Origin: a bacterium
GTDB lineage: Bacteria; UBA8248
Length of the DNA stretch: 64,000 nt
Assembly: GCA_965200245.1 (NCBI GenBank)
Contig: CBDATS010000015.1
Location: 288,001-352,000 of the forward strand
Direction: 5' to 3'
Below the pieces are notes generated by a model. The model searched no databases. It was not told the DNA's origin and saw nothing but the letters and a program-made list of their open reading frames with translations. Position numbers and translations under genes: made by a program. Of the stretch, positions 9,221 to 20,153 are shown in pieces (position 1 is the first letter of the stretch; every line of letters starts with the position of its first letter).

Positions 9221-12046
9221 CTATTTTCGGCCGCAGCAAAACTTGTATTTTTTGCCGCTGCCGCAAGGACACGGTTCATTTCGGCCAACCTTGGGTGTGG
9301 TACGTTTTACGGGTGTAGAGGTTTGTATAGCTTCTCCAGCAGGATCATCTCCGAACCCGGGTGTGTCCGCATGTGAAAACACCATCTCTTGCTCTTTGCG
9401 TGATTCTTCCAAGGCCACATCTTCGTCCGAGATATCAAGCCGATACATATATAGAACCGTATCGGCTTCGATTCTTTCCGTCATTGTTCCGAACATATCG
9501 AAAGCTTCTTTTTTGTATACGTTCAAGGGGTTCACCTGAGCATAACCCCTCAGGCCGATTCCCTCTTTGAGTTGTTCGATATTGGTCAGGTGGTCCTTCC
9601 ATTGTGTATCCAGGATCTGGATATAGATGAGTTTTGAAAGTTCCAGGACGGTTTCGGGATCAAAACCATTGTATTTTTCATCAAATACAGTTTCAACGAG
9701 ATTGTGAGTTCGCTCAATCAGGTCTTCTCTTGCTTCCTCTTCGACATCCAGCACCACGGGGACTGATGTAGAAAAAAAGAGTCTTGTCCCCTCTACTGTC
9801 GTCTGGATGCCATATTGGTTCTCAAGTGCACCGGCAAAAGTCTCTAAATCCCAATCTTCAAAATGCTCCGATTCCGACAAATGCAGATCAATGAAAGAAT
9901 CAAGAATAACCCTGGAGAACTCTTTGATCTGGGCGAGCACATCTGAACCTTCCAGAATTTCCCGACGCATCGAATAGATAACTTCGCGTTGTTTATTCAT
10001 CACGTCATCATATTCAAGAAGGTGCTTTCGCATCTCAAAATGATGTGCTTCTACTCGTTTTTGAGCGTTTTCGATGGAACGCGTCACCATCTTTGCCTCA
10101 ATAGGCACCCCTTCTTCCATCCCCAGCTTCTCCATCAAGCCCTTGATTCTTTCCGAACCGAAAATGCGCAACAGGTCGTCTTCCAGCGAAAGGAAGAAAC
10201 GTGAACTTCCGGGGTCACCTTGCCTGCCCGAGCGGCCGCGAAGCTGGTTGTCGATGCGGCGACTTTCATGTCGCTCTGTACCCACAACGTGGAGCCCTCC
10301 CAACTCCACCACCTCATCGTGTTCCAACTGACATGAAATCTGAAATTCCTTCAACGCCTCTTCGTATTCGGGTCCTTCATTGGTTTTCGCCTTGGATATG
10401 GCAAGAAACTCGGGATTTCCACCAAGGAGGATGTCCGTTCCCCGTCCGGCCATATTCGTTGAGATGGTAACCGCCCCTTTGCGCCCCGCCTGGGCAATGA
10501 TTTCTGCTTCCCTAGTGTGGTTTTTCGCGTTGAGTACATGATGCGGGACACGTCGTTTCTTGAGAATTGAAGCGAGCCTTTCACTCTTCTCTATATTCAC
10601 CGTACCGACCAATACCGGTCTCCCAGTTTCGTGACTGTTCGTTATTTCCTCCACAACGGCGCCAAGCTTTTCGCGCTCCGTACGATACACGACATCAGGG
10701 TATTCTGTTCGAATCAACTCGCGATTCGTAGGTACGATGGCCACATCAATATTGTAAGTAGAGTTGAATTCCGCCGCTTCTGTATCCGCCGTACCAGTCA
10801 TGCCAGCTAATTTCTTGTAAAGTCTGAAATAATTTTGAAAGGTAATGGTCGCCAAGGTCACATTCTCTTCCTGTATCTTAACGCTCTCCTTTGCCTCGAG
10901 CGCTTGGTGAAGACCATCACTGAAACGACGGCCCGGCATCAGCCGTCCGGTAAATTCATCTACGAGCACAACTTCATTGTCCTTTACGACATAATCGACA
11001 TCCTTTGTAAACATGACATGTGCCTTGAGGGCTTGCTCTACATGATGCAGGACCGTAATACTGCTCATATCGTATAAACCCTGGTTATTGGCGATAATGC
11101 CATTGCGCCGAAGAAGATTCTCGGCTTCATGTCCACCTATTTCCTTTAAATTTACGGTCCGGCTTTTTTCATCGACGATGAGATATTGATATTTTTTCTT
11201 GCTGACGATGTCCTTGCCACCCTCGATGTATCCATTGTCTTCTGCCAATTCTGCCTCATCTTCTTCAACTGTCCCTTGTTGCTCTTTGAGCAGAGGACGG
11301 ATTACACGATTGATGACGCCGTACATTCGAGTGGCTTCATCCGCCGGCCCACTAATGATGAGGGGAGTTCTGGCTTCATCGATGAGAATGCTGTCCACTT
11401 CGTCGACAATAGCGTAGTTCAATTCTCGCATCACGCAACTGCCGGACTCGAATTTCATGTTGTCTCTCAAATAATCGAATCCGAACTCGTTATTGGTGCC
11501 GTACGTGATGTCGCATGCGTAGGCTTGGCGACGCGCATCGTCATCCATGCCATGTTGTATACATCCGACTGTGAGACCAACGGATCGAAAAAGTCGCCCC
11601 ATCCATTCGGAATCGCGTTTTGCGAGATAGTCGTTCACAGTAACGATATGGACACCTTTGCCTTCCAAAGCATTTAAATATGCGGCAAGAGTTGCAACGA
11701 GGGTTTTGCCTTCCCCGGTTTTCATCTCAGCAATTTTCCCGTCGTGTAGAATCATACCCCCGATAAGTTGGACGTCGAAATGACGCATATTGAGATAGCG
11801 CCAACCTGCTTCCCGTACCACGGCAAAGGCTTCCGGCAGTATGTCATTCAAGGTTTCACCAACGGCAAGACGCTCCTTGAAACGTTGCGTTTCCTGTCGC
11901 ATTTGCTCGTTGGTCATCCCCTGAACGCGGGGTTCGTGAGAATTAATCTCCTTGATTGTCGGGCTCATTTTTTTGAGCATGCGATCATTCGCCGTCCCGA
12001 ATACAGACTTGAACATGGATATGCCTGATTCAAAAACAGATACCAT
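9221..12046 (-). CDS. secA: Preprotein translocase subunit SecA
   Basis: [34 protein letters not shown] and C-terminal [12 protein letters not shown]. Confidence 0.98.
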   Translation of the reverse strand: MVSVFESGISMFKSVFGTANDRMLKKMSPTIKEINSHEPRVQGMTNEQMRQETQRFKERLAVGETLNDILPEAFAVVREAGWRYLNMRHFDVQLIGGMILHDGKIAEMKTGEGKTLVATLAAYLNALEGKGVHIVTVNDYLAKRDSEWMGRLFRSVGLTVGCIQHGMDDDARRQAYACDITYGTNNEFGFDYLRDNMKFESGSCVMRELNYAIVDEVDSILIDEARTPLIISGPADEATRMYGVINRVIRPLLKEQQGTVEEDEAELAEDNGYIEGGKDIVSKKKYQYLIVDEKSRTVNLKEIGGHEAENLLRRNGIIANNQGLYDMSSITVLHHVEQALKAHVMFTKDVDYVVKDNEVVLVDEFTGRLMPGRRFSDGLHQALEAKESVKIQEENVTLATITFQNYFRLYKKLAGMTGTADTEAAEFNSTYNIDVAIVPTNRELIRTEYPDVVYRTEREKLGAVVEEITNSHETGRPVLVGTVNIEKSERLASILKKRRVPHHVLNAKNHTREAEIIAQAGRKGAVTISTNMAGRGTDILLGGNPEFLAISKAKTNEGPEYEEALKEFQISCQLEHDEVVELGGLHVVGTERHESRRIDNQLRGRSGRQGDPGSSRFFLSLEDDLLRIFGSERIKGLMEKLGMEEGVPIEAKMVTRSIENAQKRVEAHHFEMRKHLLEYDDVMNKQREVIYSMRREILEGSDVLAQIKEFSRVILDSFIDLHLSESEHFEDWDLETFAGALENQYGIQTTVEGTRLFFSTSVPVVLDVEEEAREDLIERTHNLVETVFDEKYNGFDPETVLELSKLIYIQILDTQWKDHLTNIEQLKEGIGLRGYAQVNPLNVYKKEAFDMFGTMTERIEADTVLYMYRLDISDEDVALEESRKEQEMVFSHADTPGFGDDPAGEAIQTSTPVKRTTPKVGRNEPCPCGSGKKYKFCCGRK

Positions 12047-12163
12047 TATTCCTCGCTCCATGGGGTTAATACGTATGAATCCCACATGCAAATACAACCA
12101 TAGGTTACCATGGTGTTTCAGGTTGAAAAAGAGGAATCCTCAGGCGGGATGGCGGTGATTAGC

Positions 12164-13069
12164 TTATTCTATGATATAAAGTCTAGGGTTGACTGCAACT
12201 CCATTTAATCGGACTTCATAATGAAGATGCGGTCCGGTGGATCTCCCTGTGGAGCCGACTTTCGCAATAATATCACCTCTTTTTACACGTTGCCCAACTT
12301 TAACCAAATTCACACTGTTATGTGCAAATCTGGTAACAATTCCCTGCATGTGCTGGATTTCAAGAGTCTTTCCAAATCCCCCGATTGTCTTTGTACTAAT
12401 AACGATGCCATCTGCGGGAGCGAAAATAGGGGTTCCCTCACGGGCAACTACATCAATGCCCGCATGAAATTCTCTCCGATTCGTAAACGGGGAGCGTCGA
12501 TAGCCGAAGCTGGATGAGAGCCAACCCTTTACAGGCCAAATAGAGGGGGTATGCGCAAGCAAGACGCTTCTATCACGAAATACTCTTATCAGGTCTTTGA
12601 ACGCGCTTTCTCGTTCCGCGGCGCGTTTTTCAATATCCTGGAATTGTCGATTCAATCTCCGAATGAATCTCTGCTCGGACGGTGCAAGTTTCTCCAAATC
12701 GCCGGGTAGTACGTCTTCAGAAACACCTCCTATCCCTAAATCGTCTTTGGGTTTGCCTGGCTTGAGCGAGGCCATTATTCGCAACTGGTCTTCCAATTGT
12801 TCGAGTTGTATCAAATTGGTATCGAGGGTCTGGAGCTTGGACGTGAATTTTTCAAGAAGTTCCTTTTGTGTTTGATTTTTTTGTACCAAGGGGGAGAGTT
12901 TGTCCAAGTTTTTCGCGAATTGGATTCTCTCTTGTGCAAGGTAAAGTGTTATACCAAAAAGAAAACAAATCCCACACAGGAAGAGGCATAGCATGCCCCT
13001 CGTGACACTAAAACGACAGGTATGGCCAGAGTTGCTTGGGATCACCATAATGGTGTACTGCTTGGCCAT
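12164..13069 (-). CDS. M23-family metallopeptidase with coiled coil
   Basis: N-terminal TM helix, coiled coil, HAGID and STGPHLHYEV motifs. Confidence 0.92.
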   Translation of the reverse strand: MAKQYTIMVIPSNSGHTCRFSVTRGMLCLFLCGICFLFGITLYLAQERIQFAKNLDKLSPLVQKNQTQKELLEKFTSKLQTLDTNLIQLEQLEDQLRIMASLKPGKPKDDLGIGGVSEDVLPGDLEKLAPSEQRFIRRLNRQFQDIEKRAAERESAFKDLIRVFRDRSVLLAHTPSIWPVKGWLSSSFGYRRSPFTNRREFHAGIDVVAREGTPIFAPADGIVISTKTIGGFGKTLEIQHMQGIVTRFAHNSVNLVKVGQRVKRGDIIAKVGSTGRSTGPHLHYEVRLNGVAVNPRLYIIE

Positions 13070-13225
13070 GAGGTACACCTCCGAGCAGTTAGCAACTTCC
13101 CCAAATGTGTTTCATAAGAAGTCAAATCTTTTTGAGAATATTGTTTTATAATTTTCAGCTTACCAAAGCTCAGGGTGCGAATCAAACAAGCACTTAAACA
13201 AGGAGGGGAGCAGCCCAATCCAACT

Positions 13226-14056
13226 TCAGCGCATTACAGCTCCTGAGTCTACCAGAAGAGCTTGACCAGTTATGGTTTTCGCATCGTCGCTCGCCAGAAA
13301 CGCAACTGCCCTCCCAATATCTTCGACTGATTGTTCAACCCCCATAGGCGTTTGTTCCACAAAATGCTCAAAGATTTCTCTTGCCGCCTTGTCACTAAAG
13401 TCAACAAATTTTTTTCTGAACTGAATGGCCAGTTGCTCCCACATTGCGCTCCAAATCAGACCCGGGCAAACGGCGTTGACAGTGATGCCTTTTCGAGCCA
13501 CTTCACGCGCGAGCGCTTGTGTGAAAATGATGACCGCCGCTTTGCTCGCGCTGTAATGAGGTATGGTTTCACGACCATCACGTCCGGCTCGCGAGGAAAT
13601 ATTGATGATACGTCCCCAGCCCTTGCCTTTCATCTTTTCGAGCGATGCCTGGCAAAGCAAAAAAACACCTTTTACGTTGACATTGTAGGTGGCATCCCAA
13701 TCGTCTTCATTGATATCGGATAATGGCATCCCGAGCCTGAAATCAGCCCCGCCAATAACGCCTGCATTGTTGACCACGATATCCAAGCCACCAAATTCCT
13801 TTACAATTGCATCAACAACACTCACGCACTGATTTTTGTTGGTCACATCGAGAATATATGAGATGGAGGTGACGTCGAACTCTTCCAGATCGTTCACCGT
13901 AGATTCTGCGCCGCAATATGAAATATCGGCCAGAGCGAGATGGACACCTTCTTCGGCCAGGCAATGAGCGATGCCGCACCCAATTCTGCCTCCAGCACCT
14001 GTAACAAGTGCCACCTTGCCTTTCAGCCCCCGATCCCTAGGCAGTGGGGAAGACAT
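13226..14056 (-). CDS. SDR-family oxidoreductase
   Basis: TGAGGRIG, NNAG and YSASK motifs. Confidence 0.92.
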   Translation of the reverse strand: MSSPLPRDRGLKGKVALVTGAGGRIGCGIAHCLAEEGVHLALADISYCGAESTVNDLEEFDVTSISYILDVTNKNQCVSVVDAIVKEFGGLDIVVNNAGVIGGADFRLGMPLSDINEDDWDATYNVNVKGVFLLCQASLEKMKGKGWGRIINISSRAGRDGRETIPHYSASKAAVIIFTQALAREVARKGITVNAVCPGLIWSAMWEQLAIQFRKKFVDFSDKAAREIFEHFVEQTPMGVEQSVEDIGRAVAFLASDDAKTITGQALLVDSGAVMR

Positions 14057-14059
14057 AGC

Positions 14060-14455
14060 TTATTTCCCATATCCGGTCATGGCACCTCCCGAATCGAGCC
14101 AATCCTCAAACACCAGAAGGCTTTCCAGTACCGCAGGAACACCGCTGTACGGAGACATCTGAAAAATTACTTCCATGATTTCCCTGTCCGTCGCTCCATA
14201 ACTTCTGGCTGCAGTGAAATGAGAGCGCATTTGGTTGAACCGGCCACTAACGCACAGTGCTGCCAGCGCGCAAAGCTCTCTCGTCTTGTGCGGCAGGACA
14301 TCACGGTCGTAGAGGCCACCATGAACGAATCGCTGGAACAGCATAGAGAAGTCAGGGTCAAGCTTGTTCAAACGGCCAAACAGTTTTTCGGTGTAGCCTT
14401 CTCCATATTGCGTATCTCCACGCCGAATGGCCGGTGGATAGAAGTCCTCGCTCAT
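14060..14455 (-). CDS. Carboxymuconolactone decarboxylase (CMD/AhpD-like) family protein
   Basis: LPHKTRELCALAAL...H..AA..GAT..EI.EVIFQ...YSGVP pattern. Confidence 0.85.
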   Translation of the reverse strand: MSEDFYPPAIRRGDTQYGEGYTEKLFGRLNKLDPDFSMLFQRFVHGGLYDRDVLPHKTRELCALAALCVSGRFNQMRSHFTAARSYGATDREIMEVIFQMSPYSGVPAVLESLLVFEDWLDSGGAMTGYGK

Positions 14456-14486
14456 GCATTTTCTCCTGGGTTTGCTCGCAAATTAA

Positions 14487-15419
14487 CTAATTTGCATCGA
14501 CGATTACGTTTCGCAGACGCCCCAATCCGCCTACTTCCACTTCCACCACGTCACCGGGGACAAGGAAAGAGGGTGTTTCCCGCGCGTAGCCTACGCCCGA
14601 GGGAGTGCCCGTCAAAAAGATATCGCCAGGTTCCAGCGTAAATCCCTCGGAAAGTACCGAAATCATGGATGGAATATCATGAATCATCATGTTCGTATTC
14701 GAATTCTGGCGACCTTCGCCATTAACCCAACTCTTGATGGGTTGGTTCATCGGATCACCATAGTCTTCCCTGGGAACGATATATGGACCGAGCGGACAGG
14801 TCCCATCAAGAGTTTTGCCTTTGAATATCTGCTTGTGTCGCCGTTGGATATCTCTCGCAGAGATATCGTTTGCGCAACAGTAACCGAACACGTGGTCATA
14901 GACTTCATCTTTTGGAATGTTTTTCCCTCGCCTGCCAATTATAACGGCAATTTCGGCTTCATAGTCGAGTTTTTCCGTGACTCGATGCGCCGGAATTCCC
15001 TCATTGTGGCCGATAAGAGTGCTTTGCGCTTTTGTAAAGAAGATGGGGTGGTCGAGTTCGACCTTGGTCGTTTGCACGTCTTTTGCCTGAAGACCTTCGT
15101 TTACGTGATCCTGGTAGTTGAGCCCCATGCAAAGAACATGTTTGGATGGATGAGGAATTGGGGGCATGTGATGTACGTCTTTGGGTGCCATGAGAATGGG
15201 GACCAAATCACCTGCATTCTCTTCCGCCTGCACAATTAAATCGTGTAGCGAAGTACCATGCTCATCCCAGGCTTTGATAAGTTCAATCATTGTGCCGAAT
15301 GCAAGTTTTTTTTGACCGAAAATTCCGGCCAGACGTGCCAGGTGAGCGATTCTATCACCTACGTACACACCAACTCTTTCAAGACCTCTGTAATTATATG
15401 ACAACAGTTTCATTCGCAT
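14487..15419 (-). CDS. Fumarylacetoacetate hydrolase family protein
   Basis: GLNY..H, DYEAE, NDISARD and TGTPSGVG motifs. Confidence 0.92.
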   Translation of the reverse strand: MRMKLLSYNYRGLERVGVYVGDRIAHLARLAGIFGQKKLAFGTMIELIKAWDEHGTSLHDLIVQAEENAGDLVPILMAPKDVHHMPPIPHPSKHVLCMGLNYQDHVNEGLQAKDVQTTKVELDHPIFFTKAQSTLIGHNEGIPAHRVTEKLDYEAEIAVIIGRRGKNIPKDEVYDHVFGYCCANDISARDIQRRHKQIFKGKTLDGTCPLGPYIVPREDYGDPMNQPIKSWVNGEGRQNSNTNMMIHDIPSMISVLSEGFTLEPGDIFLTGTPSGVGYARETPSFLVPGDVVEVEVGGLGRLRNVIVDAN

Positions 15420-15447
15420 CTCCTAGCAAGAAATGACTCTTGAAAAT

Positions 15448-16536
15448 TCAGGAAACCTTGTAACGTGCAATCGCATCCGGGGTGAATTCCACGCCATGTC
15501 CGGGCACGTCAGGCACATCGATACACCCGTCACGCACCTGAAAATCCTGTGTGAAATCATCTGGGGAGAAGAATTCCATGTATTCGACCATATAGCCTCT
15601 CGGTGTTGCTCCTACCAGACTTGCCGACAATTCATGGGCCAAATGACTGCTCAGGGAAATGTTGAAGGCATCAGCCAGGTGCGCGATCTTGATGAACTCC
15701 GTCACCCCGCCGCAACGACAGACATCCGGCTGCAGAAACCCTACTGCCCGGCGCTCACATATCTCCCGGAATCCCCAGCGCATGTAGGCATTCTCGCCCG
15801 CTGCTGCGGGGACCATGCTTTTCTCGGCCACTTCCGCAAGATCATCCACACAATCGGCCAATACCGGTTCCTCGAACCAGGCGACGCCGTATTCCGCAAG
15901 CATGGATGATACTTCCACTGCCTCGCGCACGTTGTAATTCTGGTTCGCATCGCAAAACAGGATGAAACCCTCACCCATGTGTTTCCTCAGGTATTCGAGG
16001 CGTTCCCGATCCCGTGCTGTGCCGATTTTCAGCTTGTAACCGCTCATGCCGAGCGAGGCGGCTTCCTGGGCTTCTTCCAGCAACTCGGAGTCAGGAAGCG
16101 TATGCCAGCCCCCGCTACCGTAAACCGGCATTTTTTGGCGAAACCCGCCCAGCAGACGATTCAACGGCAGGCCTGCGACTTTCGCCACGACGTCCCAACA
16201 GGCAATATCGACCGCAGAGAGGGAATATAAGCCCAATCCGCCGCGCATTCTCGCCTTGTTCGGTGCCCACATGCGATTCCAAAGGGCCTCAGGTGCCAAG
16301 GCGTCTTGGCCGATCACCAATGGGGCCAATTCCTTCTTGATATATGGCAGCATGGCAACACCGCCCTCGCCCCCCAGGCCCATCGTAAAACCGGTGCCGC
16401 TCGGCCCATCTTCTGTGTGAAGATGCACCGCGACGACATCAAGGTGCTCGTACACGCCAAGTGAACTCTGAAATGTTTTCTTGAGGGGCACTTTCAGTGG
16501 AGTCACTTCGAGGGAACGTATGGTTAATTTCGACAT
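15448..16536 (-). CDS. Mandelate racemase/muconate lactonising enzyme family (enolase superfamily)
   Basis: KLK, DANQ, WFEEP, AGEN, QPD and PGHGVE motifs. Confidence 0.9.
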   Translation of the reverse strand: MSKLTIRSLEVTPLKVPLKKTFQSSLGVYEHLDVVAVHLHTEDGPSGTGFTMGLGGEGGVAMLPYIKKELAPLVIGQDALAPEALWNRMWAPNKARMRGGLGLYSLSAVDIACWDVVAKVAGLPLNRLLGGFRQKMPVYGSGGWHTLPDSELLEEAQEAASLGMSGYKLKIGTARDRERLEYLRKHMGEGFILFCDANQNYNVREAVEVSSMLAEYGVAWFEEPVLADCVDDLAEVAEKSMVPAAAGENAYMRWGFREICERRAVGFLQPDVCRCGGVTEFIKIAHLADAFNISLSSHLAHELSASLVGATPRGYMVEYMEFFSPDDFTQDFQVRDGCIDVPDVPGHGVEFTPDAIARYKVS

Positions 16537-16547
16537 TTTGGAACCGC

Positions 16548-17723
16548 CTATAAATACTCCATGGAACGAATACGCATGACCTGGTTCGTTCCATCAGAAT
16601 GTAGAAAACTGGTCACGTCTCTCAAGTATTTCTCCATCGGCGCATCCGTCATATAACCGGTACCACCCCAGACCTCCAACGCGCGCGTGGCGATCCGATA
16701 TGCAGATTCGGATACGAAGCACTTGGTCATGAAACCCAGTTTGGGATCATAGAGATCCTCTTGACCCGCCGTCCAAGCGGCATGGTGCAATAGCCGCCTG
16801 CTCGCTTCGTAATCGGCGAAACAATCCGCCAGCATGAAGCCGATCGCTTGATGCTCAATTATCGGTCTGCCTCCCTGGATGCGGTTTTTCGCATGTGCCA
16901 GTGCATCTTCATAAGCCGCCCTAGCGGTGCCGAGAACGGTGGCAGCGGCTTCTATGTTCGAACCCGGAACGAACATACGGCGCGCCTCCATGGCACGGTT
17001 TACTGCCGAGACGCGGTTTTCATCCGGTATTCTGCAATTCTCGAAAATCAGTTCCGCGTTCAGGGAGAGTCGCTGCCCCAATTTGTCATGAATCTTTCCG
17101 TATCGAAATCCTTCCATATCCGGCGTGACGACAAAGTAAGTCATTCCCTGGGATACGCCTTTTGTCAGATCCGTCCGCATGGCAACGATGCACAACTTGG
17201 CGATGCCGCCGTTGCTGATATATCGCTTCTTCCCGTTCGCAATCCAGCCATCGCCATCGCGTACGGCTGTCGTTCTTACCCCGGCGTCCGGGCTGTCATA
17301 GGGAATGATGTTGTCCGATCCGCCGGTTTCTTCCGTCATTCCGACGGCTAGATGGAAATGGTGATCTTCCAGAAAAGATTTCAGATAACGCTCTTTTTGC
17401 TCCTCGTTCGTCAGGTTCTCGAACAGATGAGATATCTTCCATGTCTGATCGAAGGTGACGGCTGTACCCAGATCGCCCCACGCGAGTTCCTCTCCCACGA
17501 GGCAAAGCGTGAGAACGTCGCAACCCCCGCCTCCCAATTCCCTGGAAAGCGCGAGAGTCCTCAAACCAAGCCTGCTTCCCTTCTCCAGCACGTCCCAGGG
17601 AAATCGCTTTATTGGGTCGGGTTCTTTGTCGAGTTCCGCCGCGACAGGGCGTATTTCCTGCGCGGCGAACGTATGTGCCGTTTTCTGGAGGTGCTCCAGC
17701 TCGGGAGTGAGTGTGAAGTCCAT
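16548..17723 (-). CDS. Acyl-CoA dehydrogenase family protein
   Basis: GMTEETGGSD, NGKKRYISNG, R.QGGRPI..HQ and WGGTGYM motifs. Confidence 0.92.
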   Translation of the reverse strand: MDFTLTPELEHLQKTAHTFAAQEIRPVAAELDKEPDPIKRFPWDVLEKGSRLGLRTLALSRELGGGGCDVLTLCLVGEELAWGDLGTAVTFDQTWKISHLFENLTNEEQKERYLKSFLEDHHFHLAVGMTEETGGSDNIIPYDSPDAGVRTTAVRDGDGWIANGKKRYISNGGIAKLCIVAMRTDLTKGVSQGMTYFVVTPDMEGFRYGKIHDKLGQRLSLNAELIFENCRIPDENRVSAVNRAMEARRMFVPGSNIEAAATVLGTARAAYEDALAHAKNRIQGGRPIIEHQAIGFMLADCFADYEASRRLLHHAAWTAGQEDLYDPKLGFMTKCFVSESAYRIATRALEVWGGTGYMTDAPMEKYLRDVTSFLHSDGTNQVMRIRSMEYL

Positions 17724-18218
17724 GTTCGTCCTCTGTATTGGAGACCGTACCACAACCGCAGATGGCTCTGATGTACGGGGTCAAAGCTGAATCATGATAA
17801 ACGTGTACCTGATAGTATCCCCTTGCACCTGCTGGCGCAATCTGGAACAAGGCCTGAGATTCACCAGGATGAGCGCTCCTGGACACGGGGAGCGGATGCC
17901 TTGAGTATTATCAAACCGGCGCATCAAGGGAATGATTTGCCAAAAACAGCAGGTCCCAATAAGGTTCTTTGAACGGGATGCGCCAGTGATTGAGTGTCCA
18001 ACAGGGGATAGGGTGGTAGCAGTTCTGGTCATCGACCCGATGCAAAGACCAAGGCCAGGCGGGTGCGGATTGTCGTCTGTACCGTTCATGCGAAACGGAA
18101 TCGAGCGTAACTGAAGAGTCTGGACAAACCATAGAGAACGCTCTCGGAGTCATGGTAATGACGTGGTGAGCACAGTGGATATTCCTGCCCGTACCACTTG
18201 AACGCAAGGAGACACAAA

Positions 18219-19178
18219 ATGAAAGCTCTGACAGCTATCAGGATCGCAGCAATCGCGATCACCGTAATCCTGGCCGCCTCGCAAGCGCCCGCCGACACGA
18301 TTACCCGCACTGTGACCTTCAAAAACGAGGGTGCGACTCTGTCCGGCACACTTTATCTACCGACGGCGGTACCCGGCAAGCCCTTGCCTGTGGTGGTCGT
18401 GACCGGTGCCTGGACCAGCGTTCAAGAGCAGATGCCGCGGGTCTATGCCCGGGAGATGGTTGAGCGGGGCTTTGCCGCCTTCACCTTCGACTTCCGCGGC
18501 TGGGGCAAGTCCGGCGATCTGACCAACCAGGTCCGTTACAAGGAGGATCCGACCGCCAAAGTCTCGGACATACGCTCGGCGATCCGGTTCGTTTCGACCC
18601 TGCCCGAAGTCGATGCCACGCAGATCAACGGGCTCGGTATCTGCGCCTCCTCGGGCTATATGGTCGATGCCGCCTCAGGCAATCCGCTGGTCAACCGGGT
18701 TGGCTTGATAGCGCCCTGGCTTCAGAATGACAAGCTGGTCAAGGCCGTCTATGGCGGTGTCAAGGGTGTCGAGGGGCTGATCTCGCTGAGCCGCGCGGCC
18801 GAAGCCAAGGGAGGCGAGATTATTCTGGCGGCAGGTCCCGCAGGCGCCAAGGATGTATTGATGCCAATCGGCGGCTACTACTACGACCCCAAACGCGGCG
18901 CCATTCCCGAATACGACAACAAGTGGAATCTGATGTCCTGGGAAGGCTGGCTGACCTATCATCCAGCCGACAATCCCCAGCGCCTGGACAAGCCGCTGGC
19001 CGTCGTCCACTCCGAGGCGGCTGCAATCCCCGAGGGCGTCAAATCCTTCATCAAAGGGTTCACCGGCGAGGCAACGATGAAATGGCTTCAAGGCGTCACA
19101 CAATTCGACTTCTATGACAATCCCGAGGATGTCCGGCGCGCCGCCGATGTCGTCGCCGAGCACTTCAGCAAGCGCTGA
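18219..19178 (+). CDS. Secreted alpha/beta hydrolase (YcjY-like)
   Basis: Signal peptide; GAWTSVQEQM, FDFRGWGKSG, GICASSG nucleophile elbow, QFDFYD. Confidence 0.82.
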   Translation: MKALTAIRIAAIAITVILAASQAPADTITRTVTFKNEGATLSGTLYLPTAVPGKPLPVVVVTGAWTSVQEQMPRVYAREMVERGFAAFTFDFRGWGKSGDLTNQVRYKEDPTAKVSDIRSAIRFVSTLPEVDATQINGLGICASSGYMVDAASGNPLVNRVGLIAPWLQNDKLVKAVYGGVKGVEGLISLSRAAEAKGGEIILAAGPAGAKDVLMPIGGYYYDPKRGAIPEYDNKWNLMSWEGWLTYHPADNPQRLDKPLAVVHSEAAAIPEGVKSFIKGFTGEATMKWLQGVTQFDFYDNPEDVRRAADVVAEHFSKR

Positions 19179-19253
19179 GACCCGACAGCAGATGCAGCAG
19201 CGGCTTATCTGACGATGCATCCGCCAGCTCCGACCCGCAAGGGGACAGATATC

Positions 19254-19772
19254 ATGAAAAACCTTCTCGCACTGATACTCGTAGGCTCTCTGACGATGAC
19301 CACCATGGCTGCCGCCGAACATACACTCCATGTCCAGATAGTCGAAACGATCACCAACATCGCCGCCGGTGCGGACCGACATGACTGGGGTCGTGTCCGA
19401 TCGGCGATGTCCAACGTAATCACCACCGACTATACGAACCTTTTCGGAGGCAAGCCTGTGACTCAGCCGGCAGATGAACTGGTCAAGAGTTGGGTCGCTT
19501 TCCTGCCTGGGTTTGACAGCACCCATCACATGGTCACGAACTACACTGTGACCAGCGACAGTGCCGACACGGCAACCGCCGAGGCGGATTTTACGGCGAC
19601 ACATCGGATCGGTGACGCTCTCTGGGTTCTCGGTGGTCGCTATAGTTATCGACTCAGTAAATCCAACGCGAGTTGGACTGTCAACTCGATGACCATGCAT
19701 GCCCTTTGGGAGACTGGCGACCGCGCCGCCCTGGTCGGTCAGGCACTCAAACGCGTCGCCGCAAAGAAATAG
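19254..19772 (+). CDS. Secreted SnoaL/NTF2-like protein
   Basis: Signal peptide; D.HDW, DYT.LFGG, LPGFDSTHHMVTN and W..GG.Y.Y.L motifs. Confidence 0.82.
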   Translation: MKNLLALILVGSLTMTTMAAAEHTLHVQIVETITNIAAGADRHDWGRVRSAMSNVITTDYTNLFGGKPVTQPADELVKSWVAFLPGFDSTHHMVTNYTVTSDSADTATAEADFTATHRIGDALWVLGGRYSYRLSKSNASWTVNSMTMHALWETGDRAALVGQALKRVAAKK

Positions 19773-19892
19773 GCCAGATACGGCCTCGCCCGGGCGTCCG
19801 TGGCGCCACTTTCCACCCTCCACGATTTTCCTGTCGCGCAAGGTCTCAGGCGAAGCTTCTCCGATGACGGTGCCGTTCATGGAAGGGAGGAG

Positions 19893-20141
19893 ATGAAGTC
19901 CTTGCCGCCACCGCCGCACCGAACTTGTCAACGGAGCATGACGCTGAATACGCCGAAGTTGCGCGGGATGGGCTGGCAGGAACGGGACGTGGCGCTCGGT
20001 GCGCTGGCCGGATTGATTCTGGAGGCCGTAGACATCCCCGCGAGGATTATGAATTTGTATTTTCCTATAAACAATGGGCAATTTCTGAACGTACATATGT
20101 GTGAGGCATATGTTCTGATCCCTGGAAACGCCCTCTTCTGA
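19893..20141 (+). mobile_element. Remnant small ORF of the type that precedes serine recombinases in mobile elements
   Basis: GGAGGAG RBS; QRSMTLNTPKLRGMGWQERDVALGALAGLILEA resembles the 'QLSM.LD..KLRGM...ER..A...LA.LLLEA' small proteins as recalled; no recombinase follows. Confidence 0.45.
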
Positions 20142-20153
20142 CGGAACAATCCG

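Noticed and set aside
17760-18200. Possible gene or ncRNA in the gap before the hydrolase islet
   Set aside because: No frame gave a recognisable protein and I could not support a structure or repeat.
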